From the IMG/VR virus record IMGVR_UViG_3300042868_007713: a stretch of DNA of 64,000 bases; one strand, given 5' to 3'. A program made the position numbers and the translations under genes. The first letter of the stretch is position 1; every line of letters begins with the position of its first letter. This DNA is from an uncultured virus (IMG/VR IMGVR_UViG_3300042868_007713). Lineage: Duplodnaviria > Heunggongvirae > Uroviricota > Caudoviricetes. The notes beneath the pieces were generated by a model. That model made no database searches. It was not told the origin of the DNA and worked only from the letters and a program-made list of their open reading frames with translations. Below are positions 9,905 through 19,308 of this stretch, piece after piece.

Positions 9905-10561
9905 ATGTCTTTACAAAAACCAAAACCAAAAAATCCAATTAAATTTTCTATTTCATTAAATTCTGAACAAAAAGAAGCTAAAGAAAAAATCTTAAATTCA
10001 AAAATAACATTTTTAAAAGGTCAAGCTGGATCAGGTAAATCTTTACTTGCAGCACAAATTGCATTAGATCTTTTATTTAAAAAAGAAGTGGAAAAAATTA
10101 TATTAACAAGACCTGTTGTTACAGCAGGAGAAGAAATAGGATTTTTACCAGGAGATAAAGATGCTAAATTGGCACCATATACAGCTTCTATATATGACAA
10201 TATGTACAGGTTGTATAATAAAGAAAAAATAGATAAAGAAATTTTAGAAGGAAATATTGAAGTAGTTCCTATTGGGTTTATGAGAGGAAGAAACTTTTCA
10301 GATTGTTTAGTTGTTATAGATGAATCTCAAAATATAACACAAAATCAACTTGAACTTATTATAACAAGATTATGTGTAAATTCTAAAATGATATTTGTAG
10401 GGGATAATTCACAAATAGATTTAAAAGATAAACGTCAAAGTGGTTTTGACTACATGAGTAAAAAGCTTAGTTTTATAAAAGGTATAGAAAGTATAGCACT
10501 AAAAACTAACCATAGAGACCCTATTGTAGAAGAAATTATCAATACTTTAAATGACAACTAA
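9905..10561 (+). CDS. phoH: PhoH-family ATPase
   Basis: GQAGSGKS, ILTRP, GFLPGD, FMRGRNF, IDESQN, GDNSQIDL, HRDPIV. Confidence 0.95.
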   Translation: MSLQKPKPKNPIKFSISLNSEQKEAKEKILNSKITFLKGQAGSGKSLLAAQIALDLLFKKEVEKIILTRPVVTAGEEIGFLPGDKDAKLAPYTASIYDNMYRLYNKEKIDKEILEGNIEVVPIGFMRGRNFSDCLVVIDESQNITQNQLELIITRLCVNSKMIFVGDNSQIDLKDKRQSGFDYMSKKLSFIKGIESIALKTNHRDPIVEEIINTLNDN

Positions 10562-10608
10562 AATCATAGCCTTATTATCCACAAGAAAAATTCTTAAAAA
10601 TAAAAATA

Positions 10609-10640
10609 TTTAAATATTTAGAGTTTAAATAGTATATTAA
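10609..10640 (+). promoter_or_regulatory. Candidate promoter (TTTA-N20-TATATTAA) with overlapping operator-like site TAAATA-N5-AGTTTA
   Basis: TAAATATTTAGAGTTTAAA 10611-10629 is nearly identical to 48516-48534. Confidence 0.45.
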
Positions 10641-10665
10641 TAATATAAACAAAAACCAATATAAA

Positions 10666-11910
10666 ATGGAAACCAATAACATTACAGACGTAAATACCTC
10701 TGTAGAAAAACTAGACTTAGACATTGATAGCTGGTTAGGAGCACCAGGAGCTGATTCGGTAATTACACCTACAGAAACTGAAGATTCAAAACCAAACATC
10801 TTTGATTCTTTAAAAACAGATATTTCTTTTTTAGATGCAGATAATAAATCTGAAACAGAAGGTAAAGTTAATGAAGAAGTGATGCAAAATATTAACAATA
10901 TGTTGGATCAAGATTTAAAGTCTAATGAAGAAGAAGAAGAGGTAATAATAAAAGGAAGACCAAAAGCAGAAAAATCAGCTTTAGTTGGATTTCTTAAAAA
11001 AAGAATTGAAGCAAATGAAATGTTTGCATTTGATGATTACAATGAAGAAAAACAATCTTTAGATGATTATTTAAGTTCTTTGACAGAAAAAGATGTAGAT
11101 GAGTTGTGGCAAGCAAATATTTCTAATATTAGAAATGAAGTGGCTTCTAATACTCCGGCAGAATTTTTTGAAAGTTTACCTGAAGAATTACAATATGCTG
11201 CTAAATATGTAGCAGATGGTGGTCAAGATTTAAAAGGATTATTCAAAGCTTTGTCACATGTTGAACAAATGAGAGAATTAGATCCTACAGATGAAGTAGA
11301 CCAAGAAAATATTGTAAAATCTTATTTACAAGCAACCAATTTTGGTGATGCAGATGAGATAGAAGAAGAACTTACAAATTGGAAAGATTTAGGACAACTA
11401 GAAAAAAAAGCCAAGCAGTTTAAACCTAAGCTTGATTTAATGCAAGAAGAAATTATTCAAGCAAGACTTGCAGAACAAGAAATGTTTAAACAACAACAAG
11501 AACAAGCAGCTAATGTTTATGTACAAAATGTTTTTGAAACATTACGTAATGGAGAATTAAATGGTGTTAGATTAGATAAAAAAGTTCAAAGCTTTTTATA
11601 TAATGGATTAACTAACCCACAATATCCATCATTAAACGGAAGTTCTACAAATTTATTAGGTCATTTGTTAGAAAAATACCAATATGTTGAACCTAGATAT
11701 GATTTAATATCTGAAGCATTATGGTTACTTTCTAATCCAGATGATTATAAAGCAAACTTAATAAGACAAGGAAAGAATCAAGCTGTTGAACAAACAGTAA
11801 GACAACTTAAAACAGAACAGTCAAGAAATAAAGCATCTTCATCTGTTAATATTAACCAACAAGAACAAACAAGAAAAATTCAAAGAAATACAAATATTTT
11901 TAAACGTTAA
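10666..11910 (+). CDS. Acidic scaffold-like capsid assembly protein
   Basis: Very acidic N-terminus, helical, immediately upstream of the MCP as in crAss-like phages. Confidence 0.65.
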   Translation: METNNITDVNTSVEKLDLDIDSWLGAPGADSVITPTETEDSKPNIFDSLKTDISFLDADNKSETEGKVNEEVMQNINNMLDQDLKSNEEEEEVIIKGRPKAEKSALVGFLKKRIEANEMFAFDDYNEEKQSLDDYLSSLTEKDVDELWQANISNIRNEVASNTPAEFFESLPEELQYAAKYVADGGQDLKGLFKALSHVEQMRELDPTDEVDQENIVKSYLQATNFGDADEIEEELTNWKDLGQLEKKAKQFKPKLDLMQEEIIQARLAEQEMFKQQQEQAANVYVQNVFETLRNGELNGVRLDKKVQSFLYNGLTNPQYPSLNGSSTNLLGHLLEKYQYVEPRYDLISEALWLLSNPDDYKANLIRQGKNQAVEQTVRQLKTEQSRNKASSSVNINQQEQTRKIQRNTNIFKR

Positions 11911-11933
11911 CAACTAAAACAAAATAAAAAAAA

Positions 11934-13577
11934 ATGAGTACACCAATTTTAAACAATGGGATATTTCTACGTGATAATAGTTACAAAACTAGCTCACATG
12001 TAGATTCATATCACATGACAAACATGCTGAAATCAGCAGAACCAATGGATTTAGGTCCAGTAGACATTTGGGCTATGGCTCAAAAAGTAGAAATGCCTTT
12101 ATATCAAATGTCATCATTTGGAGGTAAAAATGTTATCATGGTTGATAATGCAAGAGGAGAATACAAATGGCAAGTTCCTATTGCACAAGATTTACCATAT
12201 TTAACAGAAGAATTGTATATTACAAATGCAGGTTCTACATCAAGTACATATGGTGCAGATGGAACTACATTTAAAGTTCGTTTAAACAAACGTACATTTG
12301 GACATGGTGATATTATCACTTATGACAAATATAACGGTGTGGAAATGTACATTACAGCAGATGATATTATTCCTTCAGGAGATTCATTTGTTTACACAGT
12401 ACAAATTGTAAACAGTGATAGTACAAAAGCTATTGTTCAAACAAGTGCTAATCCATTTAAAACAGGTGCTAAAGTTTTCCGTAAAGGTTCTGCACGTGGT
12501 GAATATGGTGAAAGATTTTCTGACTTAGGTGATGTACGTTCAGGTTTCCGTGAATTCTACAACTATGTAGGAGGTGCTGAAGCTCATGTTCATTATTCAG
12601 TTAGTTCTAAAGCTGACATGATGATGAAAGGAGGTATGAAAGCTGATGGTACTGTACCAGTAATTGAATTATGGAGAAACTTTGATAAATCAATGGATCC
12701 ATCAATTACTTCTTTAGAAAAAATGGCTGAAAAAATGGGTCCTGATTATGTTAAAAAAGCATACCAAACAGGTCAACTTTCACGTACATTCTTAACTACT
12801 ATGGAAGCTGCTCATCTTAGTAAAATTGCTAATGACATTGAAACTTACTTAATGTGGGGTCAAGGAGGTAGAATTAAACAAGATGGTCCAGATGATATTA
12901 GATTATCAGTGGGGTTATGGAAACAATTAGATAATTCTTACAAACGTATTTATAACAAATCAAGTTTTGATTTAGAATTATTCCGTTCTGAAATCTTCAA
13001 CTTCTTCAATGGTAAAGTTGAATTTAAAGGACCAGATCCACAACGTAGTCTTGTAGTACAAACTGGTATGGGTGGTATGAAACTTATCAATGAAGCTATT
13101 AAGCGTGATGCTGTTGCTTCTGGTATGGTTATCAATGCATCTGAAGTTGGAGCTATTACAGGTAAAGGTATGGATTTGAATTTTGGATTTGCTTATACAC
13201 AATATGTAATTCCATTCTTAGCAAATGTTAAATTTGTATTGAATCCTGCTTTTGATAATGTTCATACTAATGATATTGAAAATCCATTAATTGATGGTTT
13301 CCCATTATCTTCTTATAACTTCATTATCTTTGATATTACAGATAACACAAATGATAATATCTTCTTATTAAAATTATCTTGGGATAACCAATTAAAATGG
13401 TTCTACCAAAATGGTACAATGGATTACATGGGTAGAACTCAAGGATTCCAATCTTCAGGTAACTTTAATGGATACCGTGTAATGATGTCACAAACAATGC
13501 CAGCAATTTGGGTTAAAGATCCAACTAAAGTGTTGAAAATTGTTATGAGAAATCCAATTACAGGAGGATCATTCTAA
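11934..13577 (+). CDS. Major capsid protein (crAss-like, HK97 fold expected)
   Basis: 547 aa. Position in the head cluster, EYKW, LMWG..G, GLWKQL, VQTG.GG; strong terminator downstream. Confidence 0.88.
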   Translation: MSTPILNNGIFLRDNSYKTSSHVDSYHMTNMLKSAEPMDLGPVDIWAMAQKVEMPLYQMSSFGGKNVIMVDNARGEYKWQVPIAQDLPYLTEELYITNAGSTSSTYGADGTTFKVRLNKRTFGHGDIITYDKYNGVEMYITADDIIPSGDSFVYTVQIVNSDSTKAIVQTSANPFKTGAKVFRKGSARGEYGERFSDLGDVRSGFREFYNYVGGAEAHVHYSVSSKADMMMKGGMKADGTVPVIELWRNFDKSMDPSITSLEKMAEKMGPDYVKKAYQTGQLSRTFLTTMEAAHLSKIANDIETYLMWGQGGRIKQDGPDDIRLSVGLWKQLDNSYKRIYNKSSFDLELFRSEIFNFFNGKVEFKGPDPQRSLVVQTGMGGMKLINEAIKRDAVASGMVINASEVGAITGKGMDLNFGFAYTQYVIPFLANVKFVLNPAFDNVHTNDIENPLIDGFPLSSYNFIIFDITDNTNDNIFLLKLSWDNQLKWFYQNGTMDYMGRTQGFQSSGNFNGYRVMMSQTMPAIWVKDPTKVLKIVMRNPITGGSF

Positions 13578-13590
13578 TAAATTATGTAGG

Positions 13591-13618
13591 AATAAGGGAG
13601 ATTTTCTCCCTTATTTTC
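13591..13618 (+). terminator. Rho-independent terminator after MCP
   Basis: AATAAGGGAG-ATTTT-CTCCCTTATT followed by TTC. Confidence 0.75.
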
Positions 13619-13656
13619 TGCATTATATTATATTAATATTAAAATTATAAAATAAA

Positions 13657-14211
13657 ATGGCATATAAAAAATTTTTTCCAACTTCAAATGATCCATTCTT
13701 GTTAGCAGATGCAGACATGGCATTAGCTAAGTTTGGACATTTAAATTCATTAATAGATTACGTTAACCAAATTGGTTTAGCTACAGTAAATACTGCTACT
13801 GCTGCTGTAAGTTTAACAACAGCTCAAAGTGGTAATACAATTTTTTTAGCAAAAGCTGATGGTATTACATATACATTACCTGCAACTAACCAAGTTACAA
13901 TAGGTACTAATTATAAATTTATTGTTACTACTACTGTAACAAGTAATGATTATATTATTCAAACAGGTAGTACATCAGATTTTTTAAATGGTGTAATTCT
14001 TGCTAATACAAATTCTGGAACATATGCTGCTCCAAATATTACAACTATGGTTGGAAACGGTACATCTCATGTAAAATTTACCATGAATGGTAGTACTAAA
14101 GGTGGTTTAGCTACAGCAGAAATTACATTTGTTTGTACAGCTGTAGGACAATGGTATGTAACAGGTAGAGCACTTTATTCTGGTACTATTGCAAATCCTT
14201 TTAGTACTTAA
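13657..14211 (+). CDS. Capsid decoration / head fibre-like protein
   Basis: Thr/Gly-rich beta domain (LTTAQSG.TIFL...ITYTLPA...GTNYKFIV), directly after MCP. Confidence 0.6.
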   Translation: MAYKKFFPTSNDPFLLADADMALAKFGHLNSLIDYVNQIGLATVNTATAAVSLTTAQSGNTIFLAKADGITYTLPATNQVTIGTNYKFIVTTTVTSNDYIIQTGSTSDFLNGVILANTNSGTYAAPNITTMVGNGTSHVKFTMNGSTKGGLATAEITFVCTAVGQWYVTGRALYSGTIANPFST

Positions 14212-14243
14212 TACTAAATTGATATAAATACCTTATCTTTGTA

Positions 14244-14290
14244 TTCCCGGTATATGCATATTTTAGAAGATTTGCAACCTTCACCGGGAA
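14244..14290 (+). ncRNA. Candidate structured RNA / leader element (three-way junction)
   Basis: TTCCCGGT pairs with ACCGGGAA (8 bp), enclosing ATATGCATAT and GAAG-ATTTGCAAC-CTTC. Preceded by TATCTTTG (14234-14241). Confidence 0.4.
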
Positions 14291-14325
14291 CTTATTCTTA
14301 AACTAACAATAAAAACCAAAAAAAA

Positions 14326-15342
14326 ATGAGTACAGTTACCATTGTGGAAAGTTATCCACAAAACAAAAAATCAAAAATAGCAATTAAACCTTATTTAGAT
14401 TCAAAAATAGATAATATGGGTTTACAAAACTATGGTTTAGCTTTATTTGATGGAGTGTTCCACGAGGAACAAATTTCTTGTCTTGAGATTAATGGAATCA
14501 AAAGATACAGAACAGGATTAAATGAATTTGCTCCTGAATTATTAGATTTATCTCCAGAAGAAAAAGAAGCTAAAGTTAAACAAATTAGAATGATTGTTTC
14601 TCAATTAGAAAGACAATTAAATTCAAACATGGTTGAACCTGATGATAAAGAATTTTGGAATAAGATTAAATTACTTAAACCAGATAATTCTGAATTTTGG
14701 GATAAAATTAAATTAAGATGTGGTAATGAACCATTATTTTTAGATCCAGAAAGAGATCCTTATGATTTAATTAAATTATATGCTATTGAAAATGATGGGT
14801 TTAGTATGATTGCAAAATCATTAGAAGAAGCAAAAAGAATGAATAAAGTACCTAAATTTTATTTAGATAAATTAGAAGAATCAGCTTCAACTAATACTGA
14901 AATTAAAAAATTAAGAAATAAAGCAGCTGCTGAATTACAAAAATTATTTGATAAAAATCAAAATAAATTATTTTACGTTGCTAAAATTTTAGATATTAAT
15001 AGTGCACAATACAAAAAATCAACACCTAATGATATTATTTATGACAACATGGATAAATTTATAAATGGTGAATTAGTTAATAAAGATAAAAAGAAAACAG
15101 CACAATTATTTTTAGATGTTGCTAGACTTGATATGGATGTTCTTAAATTAAGAGCAATTATTAAAGATGCTACATATTATAAAATTATTGCTACTAAAGC
15201 TGATGGATTTGTTTATCATCTTTCTTCAGCTACTATGATGGGTAGAAATTCATCAGATGCTGTAGAATTTTTAAAGAATCCTTTAAATGAACAGATATTA
15301 ACTGATGTACAAAACCAAGTAGAAAAGTATTGGAATATATAA
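14326..15342 (+). CDS. Conserved crAss-like protein downstream of MCP
   Basis: 338 aa in the conserved post-MCP block. Function not readable. Confidence 0.65.
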   Translation: MSTVTIVESYPQNKKSKIAIKPYLDSKIDNMGLQNYGLALFDGVFHEEQISCLEINGIKRYRTGLNEFAPELLDLSPEEKEAKVKQIRMIVSQLERQLNSNMVEPDDKEFWNKIKLLKPDNSEFWDKIKLRCGNEPLFLDPERDPYDLIKLYAIENDGFSMIAKSLEEAKRMNKVPKFYLDKLEESASTNTEIKKLRNKAAAELQKLFDKNQNKLFYVAKILDINSAQYKKSTPNDIIYDNMDKFINGELVNKDKKKTAQLFLDVARLDMDVLKLRAIIKDATYYKIIATKADGFVYHLSSATMMGRNSSDAVEFLKNPLNEQILTDVQNQVEKYWNI

Positions 15343-15368
15343 TTTATTAATAATTAAAAACAAATAAA

Positions 15369-15536
15369 ATGGCAAAGTCAAAAGCACACCCAGGATTTAA
15401 AGCAGTACAATCAGATATTGCTAAAAAACAAGGAATTAGTAAAGAATCAGCAGGAGCAATATTAGCTGCTGCAACAAGAAATGCATCTGCTGGTGCAAAA
15501 AAAGCAAACCCAGCTTTAAAAAAAGTAAAAGGATAA
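15369..15536 (+). CDS. Small basic Ala/Lys-rich protein (55 aa) not in the ORF track
   Basis: ATG 15369 after an A-rich leader, TAA 15534-15536. MAKSKAHPGFKAVQSDIAKKQGISKESAGAILAAATRNASAGAKKANPALKKVKG fills the gap. Confidence 0.8.
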   Translation: MAKSKAHPGFKAVQSDIAKKQGISKESAGAILAAATRNASAGAKKANPALKKVKG

Positions 15537-15553
15537 TTTAAAATTAAGTATAT

Positions 15554-16258
15554 ATGAACAACAATCTATTGCAAATTAAAATTAAACAAAGGTTAAATAA
15601 ATTATCTAGCCTTGATTATGATAATTTAGAATGTTGGCAAATTGCTGAAGCTTTTAATAAAGCTCAAATTGAGTGGGTTAGAAGACAGTTACATGGTACA
15701 AATAACTATAAAGAAGGTGATGAAAATTCTAAAAGAAGAATTGATGACCTTCAAAAATTATTAACTACAATTAATTTATCTGGTTCAATGGTAGGTGATA
15801 CTTTTTATCAAGCAAACAGCTTACCTGGAAACTATTTAGAATTTAAAAGAGTTTCTACAAAAGGAAAAACTAATGATTGTCCAGATAGAACATTTGTAGT
15901 TTATCTTGCAGAAGAAGCAGATGTAGATATATTATTATCAGACAAATTTTCAAAACCATCATTTGATTGGGCAGAAACTTTTTGTACCATGGTAGGCAAT
16001 AGAATAAGAATATATACTAATGGAGAATTTGATGTTATTAATCCAAGATTGAACTACTACAGAAAACCTGTAGAAGTTCAATTTGTTGGATGTATAAATT
16101 TAAATACAGGAGCAACTGTAACAACAGATGTACAATCTGAATTTAAAGATGATATTATAGAACTTATTTGTGATGAAGCAGCTTCAATATTAGCAGGTGA
16201 TATAGAATCAATTATGCAATATCAACGTAATGAAAAATCAGCAGAAAGAAATAATTAA
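15554..16258 (+). CDS. Head-tail ring / adaptor protein
   Basis: 234 aa with FNKAQ.EW, RRIDDL..L, LP.NYL, YYRKP; resembles crAss-like ring (tail tubular) proteins. Confidence 0.6.
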   Translation: MNNNLLQIKIKQRLNKLSSLDYDNLECWQIAEAFNKAQIEWVRRQLHGTNNYKEGDENSKRRIDDLQKLLTTINLSGSMVGDTFYQANSLPGNYLEFKRVSTKGKTNDCPDRTFVVYLAEEADVDILLSDKFSKPSFDWAETFCTMVGNRIRIYTNGEFDVINPRLNYYRKPVEVQFVGCINLNTGATVTTDVQSEFKDDIIELICDEAASILAGDIESIMQYQRNEKSAERNN

Positions 16259-16276
16259 TAATTTAAATATATAAAA

Positions 16277-16750
16277 ATGCAAAAAATAAACCGTGCTAAC
16301 ATATTTAGCGCAGCAGCCACACCAGCACCTATGAATAACAGTGAATATTCAACTGCAAGTTCAAGTTCTTCATTGGAATCAATGACAGCAGCATGTGTTT
16401 CTGAATTAATGAATGCAGCTACATCATTCCATAAACTTCATTTAAAAGTTCAAGGAATTGGTTCATATGCAGCACATAAAGCTTTAAATGAAATTTATGA
16501 TGCTTTACCTGATCATGCAGATGATTTAGCAGAAGGATTTCAAGGAGCTTCAGAAAAAATATTAGAATGTAAAGAAACTTCTCCAAGAATGTTATCTACT
16601 GTATCAGATGCAATTTCTTATATAAGAGACATTTATAGTATGATAAACAGTTTACAATCTAAAATGCCTTATTCAGAAATAGTTAATGATTTGGATAATG
16701 TTAAAAGTACTTTAAATAGTACAAAATATAAATTAACTTTTTTAAAATAA
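16277..16750 (+). CDS. Dps/ferritin-like protein
   Basis: HKLHLKV.G..SYAAHKALNEIYD....ADDLAE.FQG, a Dps-like four-helix ferroxidase signature. Confidence 0.8.
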   Translation: MQKINRANIFSAAATPAPMNNSEYSTASSSSSLESMTAACVSELMNAATSFHKLHLKVQGIGSYAAHKALNEIYDALPDHADDLAEGFQGASEKILECKETSPRMLSTVSDAISYIRDIYSMINSLQSKMPYSEIVNDLDNVKSTLNSTKYKLTFLK

Positions 16751-16751
16751 A

Positions 16752-16783
16752 TTTGGTAAATTTAAATTTAAATATTATATTAT
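16752..16783 (+). promoter_or_regulatory. Candidate phage promoter TTTG-N20-TATATTAT
   Basis: TTTG 16752-16755 and TATATTAT 16776-16783. Confidence 0.55.
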
Positions 16784-16824
16784 TTATATAACAATTATTT
16801 ATAAACAAAAAAAATTAAAAAATT

Positions 16825-18438
16825 ATGTATTTTAGTCACGCATTCAGAAAAACCCTTTTAGCTGCCCCTACTTCACCAGGTGGAAATACACTTGATGCTT
16901 CTACTACAGCTGCAACTTCTGCTTTAACAGCAGGCGAATTAGGTCTTTACAACCAATCATTTGGTGTAATTGATTACACTGCTGTAGATGGTGGTAAAGC
17001 TCCTTTTTATCTTGTACAAGGTTCTTATTACAAAACAGCAGGTTATTCAGATACAATTGGAACACATGGTGGATACCAAGAATCTGTAAAATCTAAAATG
17101 ATTAATCCAAAATATATTACACGTTTATTTTGGGTAGCAGCAAAAGCTCCTAGACAACAAGTTGTACAAATTCCAATTAGTTGTGGATTAACATGTGATA
17201 CTACTTACCGTTTACGTATTGATGTAAAAGGTAGTCCAGCATTACGTTTTTTATCTCACAATTTATACCGTGTATTGGATAGTTACACAGGGTGTTGTTC
17301 AACAACTAATCCTGGTTTTGTAAAAGATCCAGTAGCTACAATTGTAAATTGGAAAGAACAATTAAATGCTTCTCCATATTTTAACAATATGGTACAAGCT
17401 AGAGCATACAAATTTGTTGTAGCTACTGCTGCTACTGCTATTGGTGTTGCAGCAACTGATTCTCAAGTTACTATTACTGTTACAAATACTAGCATGTTAC
17501 CTGGACAAAGAATAATTGGAGGTGGTCTTCCTGCTAATTCATTTATTACAGCATTAGTATCTACTACAGGTATTGTTGTTAAATATCCAGTTCAAGCAGC
17601 TGCACCAACAGTTAATGCTACAGCAACTTATAGCACATTTAGTGATTTATATGCAGCAAATACTATGGGAAGTCCTACAGTTGCATATTTAGGACAAGCT
17701 ACTTATATTCCTGGAACTACTATTGCAACTAATGCTACTATTGCTGCAAGTGGAAGTGGTGCATTAATTTATACTCCTGCTGCTGATGCTGCAACTTTTT
17801 CATACACAGCAACTCAAGAACCATTTTTAGAATTAACATCTGCTTATGTAGAAACTAAATTTGGTAATGCTACATTTACTGTTACTGATAACTATGATGT
17901 TGAACCTCTTAAAATCATTGCTTCTGTAGTTGATGATTCTGGTAATCCTTGTTTAACATATTGTATTGGTACTTCCCCAAACATTGGTATTGCAGGTATT
18001 GCAACTGAAGTTCAAGCTGCTACACAAGTACAAGGTATTGGTGAAACAATATTACGTGAATTGATTCTTACAGGTAAATACCGTCAAGAAGCATTTGGTG
18101 ATGGTGTTAACATTGATACTTTCCGTATGAGAGAAATTGAAGCTAACCCTGGAGTATTAAGTATGATGTCTCTTGCTAACAGAAATGCATTATACAACAA
18201 ATTCTGTATTTTACACAGTGTACCACGTTTCAACAATCCTTCTGGAGTATTTGATAATGATCAATATTTAATTGAAATTGCTGTTCCTAATACAGTTCCT
18301 TTAAGTCAATTTGTTACAGGTTCTGTTACAAATGGTGTTATTACTAGTTCAGCTAGTATGGGTACAGCATTTGCTGACTATATTGCTGAAGCAGCCTTTA
18401 CAGCTGGAGGAGCACAATTTGTAGAAGTAATTGCATAA
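16825..18438 (+). CDS. Virion structural protein (537 aa) with an Ala/Thr-rich insertion
   Basis: Own promoter and terminator. Conserved-looking termini (YFSHAFRK; HSVPRFNNPSGVFDNDQY) flank a low-complexity beta insert. Confidence 0.65.
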   Translation: MYFSHAFRKTLLAAPTSPGGNTLDASTTAATSALTAGELGLYNQSFGVIDYTAVDGGKAPFYLVQGSYYKTAGYSDTIGTHGGYQESVKSKMINPKYITRLFWVAAKAPRQQVVQIPISCGLTCDTTYRLRIDVKGSPALRFLSHNLYRVLDSYTGCCSTTNPGFVKDPVATIVNWKEQLNASPYFNNMVQARAYKFVVATAATAIGVAATDSQVTITVTNTSMLPGQRIIGGGLPANSFITALVSTTGIVVKYPVQAAAPTVNATATYSTFSDLYAANTMGSPTVAYLGQATYIPGTTIATNATIAASGSGALIYTPAADAATFSYTATQEPFLELTSAYVETKFGNATFTVTDNYDVEPLKIIASVVDDSGNPCLTYCIGTSPNIGIAGIATEVQAATQVQGIGETILRELILTGKYRQEAFGDGVNIDTFRMREIEANPGVLSMMSLANRNALYNKFCILHSVPRFNNPSGVFDNDQYLIEIAVPNTVPLSQFVTGSVTNGVITSSASMGTAFADYIAEAAFTAGGAQFVEVIA

Positions 18439-18461
18439 TTATAAAAAACAATTAAAATAAG

Positions 18462-18489
18462 AAGGAGAGATTTTATTCTCTCCTTTTTT
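18462..18489 (+). terminator. Rho-independent terminator
   Basis: AAGGAGAGA-TTTTAT-TCTCTCCTT followed by TTTT. Confidence 0.8.
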
Positions 18490-18490
18490 A

Positions 18491-18522
18491 TTTGTATATT
18501 TGTCATAAATAATGTATATTTA
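18491..18522 (+). promoter_or_regulatory. Candidate promoter TTTG-N20-TATATTTA
   Basis: TTTG 18491-18494 and TATATTTA 18515-18522, immediately after the terminator. Confidence 0.5.
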
Positions 18523-18542
18523 ATATATAAAACAAAATTAAA

Positions 18543-19139
18543 ATGCCCGTACAACATCAATTATATTTAGATATTCCGGAAACAAATAATGTCAGCATAT
18601 TTAGAGTAGTTGATGCAAGTATATATGCACCAGATTTAGATGTAAAATGTGCTACATTACAAATTACATCTCCAGGTTTTACTGAACCTGCTGAAATTGA
18701 TGTAACTACTTATGCTAGTAGTGGTATGGCATCTTTTAATTTAGTATTAAATGCTTGTACATTAGGTATTACATCTGGTAGTTGTAGTCCTGTGGCTCCT
18801 GCTTTACCTGATGGTGTATACAAAATAAAATATTCTGTTAGTCCAAATGATTTAGTTTATACTGAATATTATCAGTTAAGATTAACACAAACTTTAAATA
18901 CTTATAATCAAGAATTATGTAAAATTGAACTTGCTGCTTGTGAACCATCAGCTGATATAAGAGCAAGACTTTCAGAATTAAGATTAATTAAGTCTTTTTT
19001 TGATGCAGCAAAAGTAAAAACAGAAGATTGTCATGATCCTGGTTTAGGTATGGATTTATTACTTTATGCTAAAAGAAGATTAGAAAGATATATAGGTGGT
19101 TGCAAAGATTGTCATAACAACCACCACCATCATTATTAA
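18543..19139 (+). CDS. Tail/hub structural protein
   Basis: LPDGVYKIKYSV.PN motif, Cys/His-rich C-terminus (CKDCHNNHHHHY). Confidence 0.55.
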   Translation: MPVQHQLYLDIPETNNVSIFRVVDASIYAPDLDVKCATLQITSPGFTEPAEIDVTTYASSGMASFNLVLNACTLGITSGSCSPVAPALPDGVYKIKYSVSPNDLVYTEYYQLRLTQTLNTYNQELCKIELAACEPSADIRARLSELRLIKSFFDAAKVKTEDCHDPGLGMDLLLYAKRRLERYIGGCKDCHNNHHHHY

Positions 19140-19152
19140 AACCAAAATTAAA

Positions 19153-19308
19153 ATGAGAACATGTTCAAATTGTAGTACAGTCATAACATGTGGCTGTCAA
19201 GTAAAAACAGCAAGTGACGGAAGACAAGTATGCAATAATTGTATTAGTCATTATGAAAATAAATTAATACAAGTTGTTGCTCCAATAAATAATATTAACA
19301 ATGAGTAA
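19153..19308 (+). CDS. Small Zn-finger-like protein (start re-assigned to ATG 19153)
   Basis: MRTCSNC...CGCQ...VCNNC, preceded by an A-rich leader. Confidence 0.65.
   Translation: MRTCSNCSTVITCGCQVKTASDGRQVCNNCISHYENKLIQVVAPINNINNE

Noticed and set aside
4922..13577. Introns or inteins in terminase, portal or MCP
   Set aside because: The ORFs are continuous and of ordinary length, with no splice-junction or homing endonuclease motifs noticed.
14244..14290. tRNA gene
   Set aside because: Only 47 nt, no D or anticodon arms and no TTCRA loop. Kept only as a structured-element candidate.
19096..19152. GTG-initiated N-terminal extension of the small Zn-finger ORF
   Set aside because: It overlaps the upstream gene's His-run. 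ATG 19153 with an A-rich leader is the better start.
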